This document shows positions 29,499 to 38,748 of a stretch of 64,000 bases of DNA, piece after piece. The notes beneath the pieces are model-generated. The model did not search any database. It was not told the origin of the DNA and saw only the letters and a program-made list of their open reading frames with translations. The stretch covers positions 4,411 to 68,410 of the forward strand of contig JAAYQR010000028.1 in NCBI GenBank assembly GCA_012519205.1. Reading direction: 5' to 3'. The position numbers and the translations under genes are program-made. This DNA is from Candidatus Epulonipiscium sp. Lineage in GTDB: Bacteria > Bacillota > Clostridia > Lachnospirales > Defluviitaleaceae. How positions within the stretch are numbered: position 1 is the first letter of the stretch; every line of letters starts with the position of its first letter.

Positions 29499-30779
29499 AT
29501 GTTTATGCGCTATCCAGCAGCGATGGATCGACAATCCACTGGAAAATTAGTAGTAGATGTTTTTACTGCCAGACAGGGACGGCTTGCCCCAGTTAATAAT
29601 GCAACTGTGGCAATCCGTCAAAGGACTAGGTATACTAGACAAAACCAACCGCTTGAGGTAGTTATCACCAATGAATCAGGAAAAACAGAAACTGTTTCAC
29701 TTAGTACACCTTCTATTGAACTTACCCAAGAGCCTCCGCAGCAACAGCCTTACTCCACCTATGATGTTGAGATACAAGCCCCAGGGTATGAAACCTTACT
29801 AATTGAAGGGGTACAGCTTTTTGCAGATTCAACTGCTATCCAAAACGTAATCCTAGGACCTGAAGGTTCGATGGAAAGACAAGTTAATGAAATCATTATT
29901 GAGCCTCATACTCTATGGGGAACCTATCCACCAAAAATCCCCGAAGACCCTATAAAACAAGAACCCCCTCCAACGGGATTTGTTGTGCTAGATCAACCGG
30001 TTGTTCCCCAATTTGTAATCGTTCATGATGGGGTTCCCGATAATTCTGTTGCCCCTAACTATACAGTCAGTTTTAAAGATTATATAAAAAATGTTGCATC
30101 CAGTGAAATCTTCCCCACATGGCCTGAATCTACTATCCGTGCTAATGTCCTTGCTATTTTATCTTTCACCCTAAACAGGGTATTCACAGAATGGTATAGG
30201 GGTAAGGGGTATAATTTTACCATAACTTCTTCCACTGCCTACGATCATGCTTTCTTCTACGGACGAAATATTTATGAATCCGTCTCTCAGATTGTAGATG
30301 AAATATTTGTAAATTATATAAAAAGACCAGGATTTCGCCAGCCCCTCCTTACCCAATACTGTGATGGTGTTAAGGTAGAATGCCCCACGTGGATGACACA
30401 ATGGGGATCTAAGAACTTAGGCGATCAAGGTTTAGATGCTGTAAGTATCCTTAGAAGCTTCTATGGGCAAGATATATCCCTTGACACTGCCCCAAGAGTA
30501 GCTGGTATTCCTTCTTCTTATCCCGGCACTAGTCTAACTATAGGTTCTAGCGGACCCTCAGTTAGAACGATACAAGAACAACTTAATGCCATCTCAAATA
30601 ACTTTCCAGCTATTCCTAAGGTAAGAGCCGATGGGAATTTCGGAGAACAAACAGCAGATTCTGTTAAAAAATTTCAAGAAGTGTTTAATCTAACTCCCGA
30701 TGGGATTGTGGGGTCGGCTACCTGGTATAAAATCTCTGATATATATGTGGCTGTAACAAGAATTGCAGAACTGGTATAA
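29499..30779 (+). CDS. sleC: Spore cortex-lytic enzyme SleC-like, with a C-terminal peptidoglycan-binding domain
   Basis: VHDGVP, FKDYIKNVASSEI.PTW, LNRVFTEWYRGKGY, TSSTAYDH, TQYCDG; PG-binding FQEVFNLTPDGIVG. Confidence 0.85.
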   Translation: MFMRYPAAMDRQSTGKLVVDVFTARQGRLAPVNNATVAIRQRTRYTRQNQPLEVVITNESGKTETVSLSTPSIELTQEPPQQQPYSTYDVEIQAPGYETLLIEGVQLFADSTAIQNVILGPEGSMERQVNEIIIEPHTLWGTYPPKIPEDPIKQEPPPTGFVVLDQPVVPQFVIVHDGVPDNSVAPNYTVSFKDYIKNVASSEIFPTWPESTIRANVLAILSFTLNRVFTEWYRGKGYNFTITSSTAYDHAFFYGRNIYESVSQIVDEIFVNYIKRPGFRQPLLTQYCDGVKVECPTWMTQWGSKNLGDQGLDAVSILRSFYGQDISLDTAPRVAGIPSSYPGTSLTIGSSGPSVRTIQEQLNAISNNFPAIPKVRADGNFGEQTADSVKKFQEVFNLTPDGIVGSATWYKISDIYVAVTRIAELV

Positions 30780-30819
30780 AAACACTTTCTGTCACCTAAG
30801 GTGACAGAAAGTGTTTTTT
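30778..30819 (+). terminator. Intrinsic terminator (19-bp perfect stem)
   Basis: AAAAACACTTTCTGTCACC-TAA-GGTGACAGAAAGTGTTTTT. Confidence 0.85.
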
Positions 30820-30894
30820 GTGACTTAAATCATATAAATATGCCATACTATACTCTATAATCTAATAAAATATTATTACTTAGGAGGAATATAT

Positions 30895-31455
30895 ATGGAT
30901 GCAATTACTTTACTTATGGTGGAACATAATAATATAAAAAGGGCATTGGCCGCTATAAGAAAGCTATGCATATCTATCTTAAACGGCAAGGAAGTGGATA
31001 GAGAGCTTTTTTATGGTATTATTGATTTTGTGAGAAATTATTCTGATAAACACCATCATAAAAAAGAAGAAGATATACTCTTTAAAAAGATGTCCCAAGA
31101 ATTAGGAGAAAGAATTGCCAATGGTCCTATTTATGGAATGATAGCTGAACATGATTTAGGGAGATTATTTATGATGAACTTAGAAAATGCCTTAAAAGAG
31201 CTAGAAAAGGGTAATTCTGATGCTAAGGTTGATGTCATCGCTAATGCCATTGCTTATACAGACTTGCTTAATAGGCATATCTTCAAAGAAGATACTGCCA
31301 TATACACCTTTGCCAAGAAACAGCTTTCAAAAGAAGGAATGGAGGAAGTAGAAGAAAAATGCGCTGAAGTAGAAGAAATTGCTAAGGAAGATAACATCCA
31401 AAATAAATATCTCAGTTTTCTAGAATACTTAGAGAAATCTTCAGAAAACTTATAA
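30895..31455 (+). CDS. Hemerythrin-domain protein
   Basis: EHNNI, HHHKKEEDILF, EHDLGR, HIFKED. Confidence 0.9.
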   Translation: MDAITLLMVEHNNIKRALAAIRKLCISILNGKEVDRELFYGIIDFVRNYSDKHHHKKEEDILFKKMSQELGERIANGPIYGMIAEHDLGRLFMMNLENALKELEKGNSDAKVDVIANAIAYTDLLNRHIFKEDTAIYTFAKKQLSKEGMEEVEEKCAEVEEIAKEDNIQNKYLSFLEYLEKSSENL

Positions 31456-31546
31456 CTTTTCTGTTCTGGATAATCATTATTATTTACTTTTTATTATTTT
31501 ATGATATAATATAAATGTAAATAATTGATTGAGGGAGGATATGTAA

Positions 31547-32137
31547 ATGAAATCATTAAAAGGAACAAAAACAGCAGAAAATTTACTTAAGTCTTTTGCA
31601 GGAGAATCCCAAGCTAGAAATCGTTATACATACTACGCATCCATAGCAAGAAAGGAAGGTTATGTCCAAACTTCTAACGTTTTTACAGAAACAGCAGATA
31701 ATGAAAAAGAACATGCTAAAAGGTTTTTTAAATTCTTAAGTGCAGACAAAGAGCTAAATCAAACAGCGCTTGAAATCACTGCAGGTTTTCCTATAGCCCT
31801 TGGTAATACAAAAGAAAATCTCCTTGCGGCTGCTGAGGGAGAAAACGAAGAATGGGCCGATTTGTATCCTGCCTTCGCAGATACAGCTGATGAAGAAGGT
31901 TTTAAAGAAATAGCTGCGGTTTTTAGAAAAATAGCTGATGCAGAACAAAGCCATGAAATAAGATTTAAAAAATTAGCGGCTAATATCGAAAATGGTTCGG
32001 TTTTTAAAAAGAATGAATCCGTATTCTGGAAATGCAATAACTGCGGATATATCCATGAAGGTACAGAAGCTCCAAATCTTTGCCCAGCATGTGCTCATCC
32101 CCAAGCTCATTTCGAAGTATTTGTTGAAACATATTAA
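31547..32137 (+). CDS. rbr: Rubrerythrin
   Basis: FAGESQARNRY, NEKEHA, GENEE, EQSHE; rubredoxin-like WKCNNCGY...CPACAHP. Confidence 0.95.
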   Translation: MKSLKGTKTAENLLKSFAGESQARNRYTYYASIARKEGYVQTSNVFTETADNEKEHAKRFFKFLSADKELNQTALEITAGFPIALGNTKENLLAAAEGENEEWADLYPAFADTADEEGFKEIAAVFRKIADAEQSHEIRFKKLAANIENGSVFKKNESVFWKCNNCGYIHEGTEAPNLCPACAHPQAHFEVFVETY

Positions 32138-32140
32138 ATA

Positions 32141-32177
32141 AAATAATACCCGGCACTGCAGTGCTGGGTATTATTTT
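32141..32177. terminator. Bidirectional terminator
   Basis: AAATAATACCCGGCACTG/CAGTGCTGGGTATTATTT between convergent genes. Confidence 0.8.
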
Positions 32178-35100
32178 ATAAGTTCCTAATAAACTGAAAT
32201 GTATTTAATAAATTTAGTTCTCCATACCCCCAGGATGTATCAGGGTATCTTCTTGATTCCCTCCTTGTTGCTCCTCTTATTAGATATGTTCTTACCTTTC
32301 TTGTTGTTAAGGTAGTATCATTTCCTTTTATAATTCCCCACTCTAAAAGAAGGGCTGCTGCCCCAGCAGCAATCGCCGCTGCAATGCTAGTTCCAGTCAT
32401 TTGCCCATATCCACCCCCAGAAAGAGGCCCCCTTACATTAACTCCCGGGGCAACTAAATCTGGTTTCATTTCGTCATCTCTTGTTCGGCCTCTACCTGAT
32501 GCACTGTATAAACTGTTATCTATAGGATTGTATGCTCCAACTGTTATTGTTCCCTTCCCACTTCCTGGAACAGTAACAGTAGTTTGCGGTACTGGTTTTA
32601 AAAAAACTGTATCTTTATCAATCCAGCCTTCTCTTGGAAGCCATACATTGTATCTTCCATCAACTATAAAATCTCCATGCAGGGTCACAATCCAGTTCCC
32701 CGGAGTAGGATCTTCGAATCGTATTCTAGTAAGTTGATCTCCTGTCCTTGGCTCTGGATATATATAATCTACTTTTACTCTGGTTTTTTCTAATATAAAT
32801 CGTATTTCTTCTTCTTCCCCAAATCTCGCAGGAATCCTTTCAATAAATTCTCCTGTAGGAGATATCATAGAGATAGACATTTTGTCAGGGGCATTATTCC
32901 ATATATATAAGATAAATCCCCTTTCTCCTTCTCCCACCTTTATTTCTATATCCTCTGTTTGGATGCCATCTAGGCTGCCACTCGTATGATGTAGTGTATT
33001 TGCTTCATTGCCTGCACTAGCAATCATTACAACGCCCCTTCTTCCACCTAATTCAGCCATATAAGTTTCTGTAAAAGAAGTACCATCATGCCCTCCTTCG
33101 TTACTCCCTATTCCCAAACTAATAACTACAGGCATATTCAAACTTCGTGCCGTCTCCACCACATATTTTAGTGCCATAATTACATCGGTACTTTGATATA
33201 CTGTGGTTTTAGGAGCTCCTATTAAGTTGTAATCCCTAAGATATTCCTTGGCTGCCTTTAGTTTTACAACTAAAAGATTAGAATCAGGGGCAGCCCCTAT
33301 AAACCCTTTATCGATTCTATCATATCCTGCTGATACCCCTGCTAAAAATGTTCCATGTCCCACTTCATCCCTATGGGGAACTATTTCCCCTGGATTTTTA
33401 CTTTGTAATGCATTATTTATTTCCTCTTCAGTGAATTCCGTTCCATAGTCAAAACCTTGTGGTGGATTGCCTTCTAAGGATTGATCCCATATTCTTAAAA
33501 TCCTAGTCGTATTGTCTTCATATAAAAATGCAGGATGAGCATAATCTATCCCTGAATCGATAACCCCGACTAATATCCCTTGGCCCCTTAACTCACCGTA
33601 GGGATAGTTATGAAACATAAGTATATCCGAAGCTTCCAAACTTCCATTGGCATAGTTCCCAAAAAGGAGAGGGATTGTGTACTGAACTATCTCCCTAGTT
33701 TCTTCAAAAAATTTTTCTTTTATGTCCCTAGGAATCTGTAAAATAGCATAATTTTCATTGATGATTTCCACATTGGCGGCACCATTTTGTAATGCTGCTT
33801 CAACTATATTTTCATTATACTCAACTATGAAATCTAGATATTCATCAGATATAATTGATTGTGGGTCCATGGCAGGAATATTCCCCTGCCTTAAATCTTC
33901 CATATTATTATCCAAGATTTGGCCTTTCATTCCTCTTATATCCCCCTGTCTTAACCCCTCAAATGAATTAGCCAAACATAAACTTCCATATCCCCAAGAA
34001 GGATTAGGATAATTTAAAAATGGCCATGTTCTCCTAGCACCCTTATATAAGTATGCCTTTAACCTCTCTCCATATAAAAATGGGTCATTTCCCTTAACTA
34101 TGCCCCATTCCATAAGCAGAGCTGCGGCCCCACTCCCATGGGGGGCTGCCATACTAGTTCCACTTAGCAAATCATATCCGCCTCCAGGGATGGGTGCCAT
34201 AATATTAATCCCCGGAGCCACCAGTTCTGGTTTAACAAATCTACTTCTTCTCGTATAACCCCTTCCAGAAAAGGGAGCAATTTGATTAGTTGTTCCATTA
34301 TATGCTCCAACACTTATCATCCGTTCTGCTGTTGAGGGTATTGTTAGGGTATGTTCTAGTTTAGGCTCCACAAATGCAGTTTGTCTACCTATTTCCTCCG
34401 TAATAGGAAGCCAAATGCTATATATTCCCTCAACAATACTAACCCCATACAAATTAAGCTGCCAAATACCATTGTCTATAAACTGATTTACAGAAATAAG
34501 GGCAATAAATATTTCCTCATCTCCATTTAAAGGAGAAGGTCCCCCAAAATAAGCCATAACTTCTGTACTTCCTATAATAATTCTTTGAACTCCTGCTTTA
34601 GGTGAAATTTTATTGGTACTTTCTCCATTGGGTGCTGTTACAGAAAATTCCATAGTATCTGCAAAAGACTTCCATAGGGTCAAAGTAAGACTTGTAAGCC
34701 CTTCATCGGCAATAAATTGTATGTTTTTTTCTTCACCTTCTTCTAATAATCCTCCCGTATGGTGACCCGTATCTCCTTCATTTCCTGTTGCCACAACAAT
34801 GGCACTCTTCCACCTATTTGCCATTTCATCCATATAAGTTTCTACTATTGAGTTACCGTCATGGGGCCCCTCATTGGTTCCAAAACTTATATTAATTGCT
34901 ATGGGCCTTGCCAGTTCCTCTGCTTTTTCTACTATATATTTAATAGCTCTCATAAGTTCGGTAGTTCTAGGAAAAGACTGAGTCCCTCTTCTTCCTAGCT
35001 TTACTATAATGAATTCTGACTCCGGAGCTACCCCCATATATTTTCCATTACTACCTCTCCCATTTCCTCCTGCTATACCTGCTACATGGGTTCCGTGGCC

Positions 35101-35691
35101 AATCTCATCCTTATGGGGCACCCTAGCTATCCTTTCCATTAAGGTGGAAAGGCTTAGAGCCTCATCGATATCCTTCCTCGTAAACTCAATTCCCCCGCTA
35201 AATCCCTGTGGCGGTTCCCCATTTAAGGTTTGATCCCATATATATAAAATACGGCTTTTTCCATCCCCGTTTATAAAATCAGGATGGGCATAATCTATGC
35301 CGGAATCAATAATTCCTAGAAGTACCCCTTGTCCTCTTAGATCATTCGGTGGCCTTTGTACGGCTGTAATGCAACTTTCCCTAAGGCTATTATTAAGGTT
35401 AATCCCTAATCTTTTAGGTCTTTCAATGTATTCAACCTGGCTATAATCCGATAACTTTGGGATTTTACTTTCCTCTAAGGTTAAAATTCCATATCCTTGG
35501 GTTAATATTTCTACTCCTGCCTCTAATTGTCTCCCTACTTCACTTAAATCTCCATGGTATTTTACTATTACCTCCCAAGTATTAGATTCTGCATTAAACC
35601 CAGTATTAAAATCCTGTGCCTTTACTCTTTCTTCTTCATCCATATTTAGTAACAACTCTAATCCATTATCTATTTTATTATCAGAAGGCAT
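32176..35691 (-). CDS. Tandem subtilisin-like germination protease fusion (CspBA-like)
   Basis: Two S8 domains: IDSGID/GHGTHVAG/SGTSMA and IDSGID/GHGTFLAG/TGTSIA, each with Csp jelly-roll insert and WGYG tail. Confidence 0.85.
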   Translation of the reverse strand: MPSDNKIDNGLELLLNMDEEERVKAQDFNTGFNAESNTWEVIVKYHGDLSEVGRQLEAGVEILTQGYGILTLEESKIPKLSDYSQVEYIERPKRLGINLNNSLRESCITAVQRPPNDLRGQGVLLGIIDSGIDYAHPDFINGDGKSRILYIWDQTLNGEPPQGFSGGIEFTRKDIDEALSLSTLMERIARVPHKDEIGHGTHVAGIAGGNGRGSNGKYMGVAPESEFIIVKLGRRGTQSFPRTTELMRAIKYIVEKAEELARPIAINISFGTNEGPHDGNSIVETYMDEMANRWKSAIVVATGNEGDTGHHTGGLLEEGEEKNIQFIADEGLTSLTLTLWKSFADTMEFSVTAPNGESTNKISPKAGVQRIIIGSTEVMAYFGGPSPLNGDEEIFIALISVNQFIDNGIWQLNLYGVSIVEGIYSIWLPITEEIGRQTAFVEPKLEHTLTIPSTAERMISVGAYNGTTNQIAPFSGRGYTRRSRFVKPELVAPGINIMAPIPGGGYDLLSGTSMAAPHGSGAAALLMEWGIVKGNDPFLYGERLKAYLYKGARRTWPFLNYPNPSWGYGSLCLANSFEGLRQGDIRGMKGQILDNNMEDLRQGNIPAMDPQSIISDEYLDFIVEYNENIVEAALQNGAANVEIINENYAILQIPRDIKEKFFEETREIVQYTIPLLFGNYANGSLEASDILMFHNYPYGELRGQGILVGVIDSGIDYAHPAFLYEDNTTRILRIWDQSLEGNPPQGFDYGTEFTEEEINNALQSKNPGEIVPHRDEVGHGTFLAGVSAGYDRIDKGFIGAAPDSNLLVVKLKAAKEYLRDYNLIGAPKTTVYQSTDVIMALKYVVETARSLNMPVVISLGIGSNEGGHDGTSFTETYMAELGGRRGVVMIASAGNEANTLHHTSGSLDGIQTEDIEIKVGEGERGFILYIWNNAPDKMSISMISPTGEFIERIPARFGEEEEIRFILEKTRVKVDYIYPEPRTGDQLTRIRFEDPTPGNWIVTLHGDFIVDGRYNVWLPREGWIDKDTVFLKPVPQTTVTVPGSGKGTITVGAYNPIDNSLYSASGRGRTRDDEMKPDLVAPGVNVRGPLSGGGYGQMTGTSIAAAIAAGAAALLLEWGIIKGNDTTLTTRKVRTYLIRGATRRESRRYPDTSWGYGELNLLNTFQFIRNL

Positions 35692-35702
35692 AACTCACCC
35701 CC

Positions 35703-35745
35703 AAAAAAATATAGAGAACTATGCAAAAGCATACCTCTCTATATA
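35703..35745 (-). terminator. Terminator-like hairpin between the hydrolase and the Csp fusion
   Basis: ATATAGAGAGGTATGC-TTTT-GCATAGTTCTCTATAT followed by a T7 tract on the minus strand. Confidence 0.55.
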
Positions 35746-35760
35746 TCTATGCGCTCCTAT

Positions 35761-36595
35761 TTAATTAATTCTTTTTTCTAACCAACATAATATATCGGAC
35801 ATTATTTCTTCTTTTTCTGGTTCATGAACCAGCTCATGGTAACAATTTTCATAGAATTTTAATGTCTTATCCTCCGATTGAATCCTGTGGTATACTTCTG
35901 TGGTTCTCTCATAAGGGATTACCTTATCACACTTTCCATGAAGGAAAAGACAAGGTAAATCGTAATGTTCTGCATTTTCCTGAGCCCAACTAATTCCTTT
36001 GTATAAAAATTCTCTTATTAGACCAATTGTAGAATATCTAAGGTCATAAAAGTCTTTTTTAAACTCCTTTGAGTATTGTATATTTCTAGTGGCTCTCCTT
36101 CTGCCTATCCTGTATATTCTTCCCTTTGGTATAGTCTTTCCTAATACATTGCATAACTTTAACGATGCCCCGTACAACCCCCAGGGAGCCCCCAAGGCAG
36201 GGCCCGAAAAATTTGTCCCCTAAGTTCTACCTCAGGATATATCAGTCCATATATGAAGGTAATAAGTCCCCCATACTGTGGCCAAAAGTAAAGATTTTAC
36301 TATTAGGATGATTTCTTTTTACTATTAAAAACAATCGGTTAAAATCAACAGTAAACTTGAAAAAAGATTCTATATGACCTCTTGTCCCCTCGGACCTTCC
36401 ATGACTTCTATTATCTATTAAGTATACTCCGTAGCCATTTTTAATCAGTAACTCGGAAAGTTCCAAGTAATGGCCTGAGTGTTCACCATAGCCATGACTA
36501 ATAATTATAATAGCCTTAGGATTATAAGGTACATCTTTCCTGTAAAAGATACGAAGTCCATCTGAACTTCTAAAATATTTATGAATCAAATTCAT
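35761..36595 (-). pseudogene. Alpha/beta hydrolase (lysophospholipase/monoacylglycerol lipase-like) broken by two apparent frameshifts
   Basis: HGYGEHSG, DNRSHGRSEG, GHSMG in one ORF and LHGKCD, YHELVHE in the other. One added base at each of two homopolymers gives a single ~278-aa ORF. Confidence 0.8.
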
Positions 36596-36696
36596 AAAAT
36601 TATCTCCTTTATTTGTAAGATGAATCCTGCTTTTGGATTATATTACTATTAAAATAGTGTGTAAATATTAATACAGTGAAATTTCTACCCTAGAAT

Positions 36697-37422
36697 TTAT
36701 ATGAATCTACATCTATATTGCGTTAGGATATTATCTATCATTCTGCTGGCTTCTGACTTTGTCAGACCTTCAATATCTTTGTCTATTTCTATCTTATGGG
36801 TTTTAATCAAGCTTATGAGGTATCTTTTCTGTCTTTCTGTAATCATATCCTGTTTTGGTGGATTCCATACCATATCCCTTGCTTTAAATAATGACTCATC
36901 TATGTGGAAAAAGTCTCTTTTTAGGCATTTAAACAATTGGAAAGTAGCTTCTGCATCGTGTATCGCCCGATGGGCATTGGTTAAATCTATCCCATAATAT
37001 TGACAAAGAGGCGCTAAACTCCTACTAGGAAGATGTTTTAGAAATCTTCTGGCTATTGCTAAGGTATCTATAGCTTTTTTTGAAAAGCCATAACCTTCCT
37101 TTATACTTTTTGCTTTTATGAATCTGTAATCAAAAGAAACATTATGGCCTAAGACATAATCCCCATCACAAAAGTCTAGGAAGCTTGGCAATGCTTCTTC
37201 TATGGTCAATCCATCCTTTACCATATCGTTGGTAATCCCCGTAATCTCTGTAATAAAAGAAGGGATAGATTCCTTAGGATTAAGCATTTGGTGATATTTA
37301 TCCACTGCTTTTCCGTTTTCAATTTTAATTGCACCTATCTCAATAATGGAATCCAAGACAGGGTTGCATCCTGTAGTTTCTAAGTCAAATACTACCACAT
37401 TTTTCATATAATCATTAATCAT
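36697..37422 (-). CDS. DEDDh 3'-5' exonuclease (DnaQ/PolC exo-like)
   Basis: VFDLETTG, GHNVSFD, IDTL, AHRAIHDA. Confidence 0.9.
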   Translation of the reverse strand: MINDYMKNVVVFDLETTGCNPVLDSIIEIGAIKIENGKAVDKYHQMLNPKESIPSFITEITGITNDMVKDGLTIEEALPSFLDFCDGDYVLGHNVSFDYRFIKAKSIKEGYGFSKKAIDTLAIARRFLKHLPSRSLAPLCQYYGIDLTNAHRAIHDAEATFQLFKCLKRDFFHIDESLFKARDMVWNPPKQDMITERQKRYLISLIKTHKIEIDKDIEGLTKSEASRMIDNILTQYRCRFI

Positions 37423-37538
37423 TATAACATCCTTCTAAACTTTTATTTTCAATGCAAACAAGCTTATATAATCATACCATTTTATTTAATGAATATAAAT
37501 AATATCTATTAAAAATGCCACCCCATGGGGCAGCACTT

Positions 37539-38453
37539 TTAAAGATTCTCAAGATTATACGGGGTTTCTTGGTATACATAATAATTCAACCAATTAGAAA
37601 AAAGTAAATTGGCATGGCTCCTCCATAAAACTATGGGTTCCTTTGAAATATCATTCTTTGGGAAATAATTCTTAGGAATTTGTATGTCTAGGCCTTTTGA
37701 TAAATCTCTTTCGTATTCCAACTTTAAAGTATTGGCATCATATTCTGAATGTCCTGTAACAAAGATTTGTTTCCCATCTTTAGAAGCAACGATATAAACC
37801 CCAGATTCCTCGGATAAGGCTAGAATTTCCAAATCCTCTACCTTTTCAATATCTTCCTTTTTTACTCCCGTATGCCTTGATTGGGGTACATGGAAAATAT
37901 CATCAAAACCTTGGATAAGTTTTATATTTTTTTTCAAGGTTTGATGAGGAAATATCCCAAACATTTTTTGTGGTAAGGGATACTTAGGAATCCCATAGTG
38001 ATAATATAATCCCGCTTGGGCTCCCCAGCAAATATGAAAGGTAGAAGTTACATGTTTTTTGGTCCACTCCATAATCTGTTTTAATTCTTCCCAATAGGTA
38101 ACGTCTTCGAAGGAAAGGTTTTCTATAGGAGCCCCTGTAATAATCATCCCATCAAATTTTTTATTCTTTATCTCATCAAATGTATTATAAAAAGAAACCA
38201 AGTATTCCTCAGGAGTATTTTTGGGTATATGACTCTTGGGATGTAATAGGGAAACTTCTACCTGCAATGGGGTGTTTCCCAAAAGTCTTAATAATTGTGT
38301 TTCTGTTACTTGCTTTAGTGGCATTAAGTTTAAAATGACAATCTTAAGTTCCCTTATATCTTGTTTAAGAGCTCTATTTTCATCCATAATAAAGATATTT
38401 TCATTGGTCAGAATCTGCTTGGCAGGAAGATTATTAGGTATTTTAATCGGCAT
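37539..38453 (-). CDS. metA: Homoserine O-acetyltransferase (MetA family)
   Basis: MPIKIP start, LNLMP, ITGAPIE, ICWGAQA, TGHSEY. Glu at the specificity position (TGAPIE) indicates acetyl-CoA use. The ORF-track extension to 38663 runs through a tRNA and is spurious. Confidence 0.93.
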   Translation of the reverse strand: MPIKIPNNLPAKQILTNENIFIMDENRALKQDIRELKIVILNLMPLKQVTETQLLRLLGNTPLQVEVSLLHPKSHIPKNTPEEYLVSFYNTFDEIKNKKFDGMIITGAPIENLSFEDVTYWEELKQIMEWTKKHVTSTFHICWGAQAGLYYHYGIPKYPLPQKMFGIFPHQTLKKNIKLIQGFDDIFHVPQSRHTGVKKEDIEKVEDLEILALSEESGVYIVASKDGKQIFVTGHSEYDANTLKLEYERDLSKGLDIQIPKNYFPKNDISKEPIVLWRSHANLLFSNWLNYYVYQETPYNLENL

Positions 38454-38521
38454 CTTTTTCCTCTTTTCTACCGTCATTTCGTAATATATATTATATATAA
38501 ACCTTTGGTCAAATGCAATGT

Positions 38522-38556
38522 AAAAAACCTCTAAATCCCTTGGATTTAAAGGTTTT
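38522..38556 (-). terminator. Terminator downstream of tRNA-fMet
   Basis: AAACCTTTAAATCC-AAG-GGATTTAGAGGTTTTTT on the minus strand. Confidence 0.7.
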
Positions 38557-38560
38557 AAAA

Positions 38561-38634
<74 letters not shown>

Positions 38635-38661
38635 TCATTTAAAATTCTGCTGACAAAATTC

Positions 38662-38690
38662 ATTTTAGCATACTAGTAATATTATGTCAA
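38662..38690 (-). promoter_or_regulatory. Sigma-A promoter of tRNA-fMet
   Basis: TTGACA-17 bp-TAAAAT with a TG extension. Confidence 0.75.
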
Positions 38691-38748
38691 GTGTTCTTTT
38701 CAAAAAAATGTAAGCCTTAAAGAAAAGGGCAGGTGTGAAAACCTGCCC

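Noticed and set aside
31469..31490. PerR/Fur box upstream of rubrerythrin (GATAATCATTATTATT)
   Set aside because: Context fits, but the match is partial and AT-rich in an AT-rich genome.
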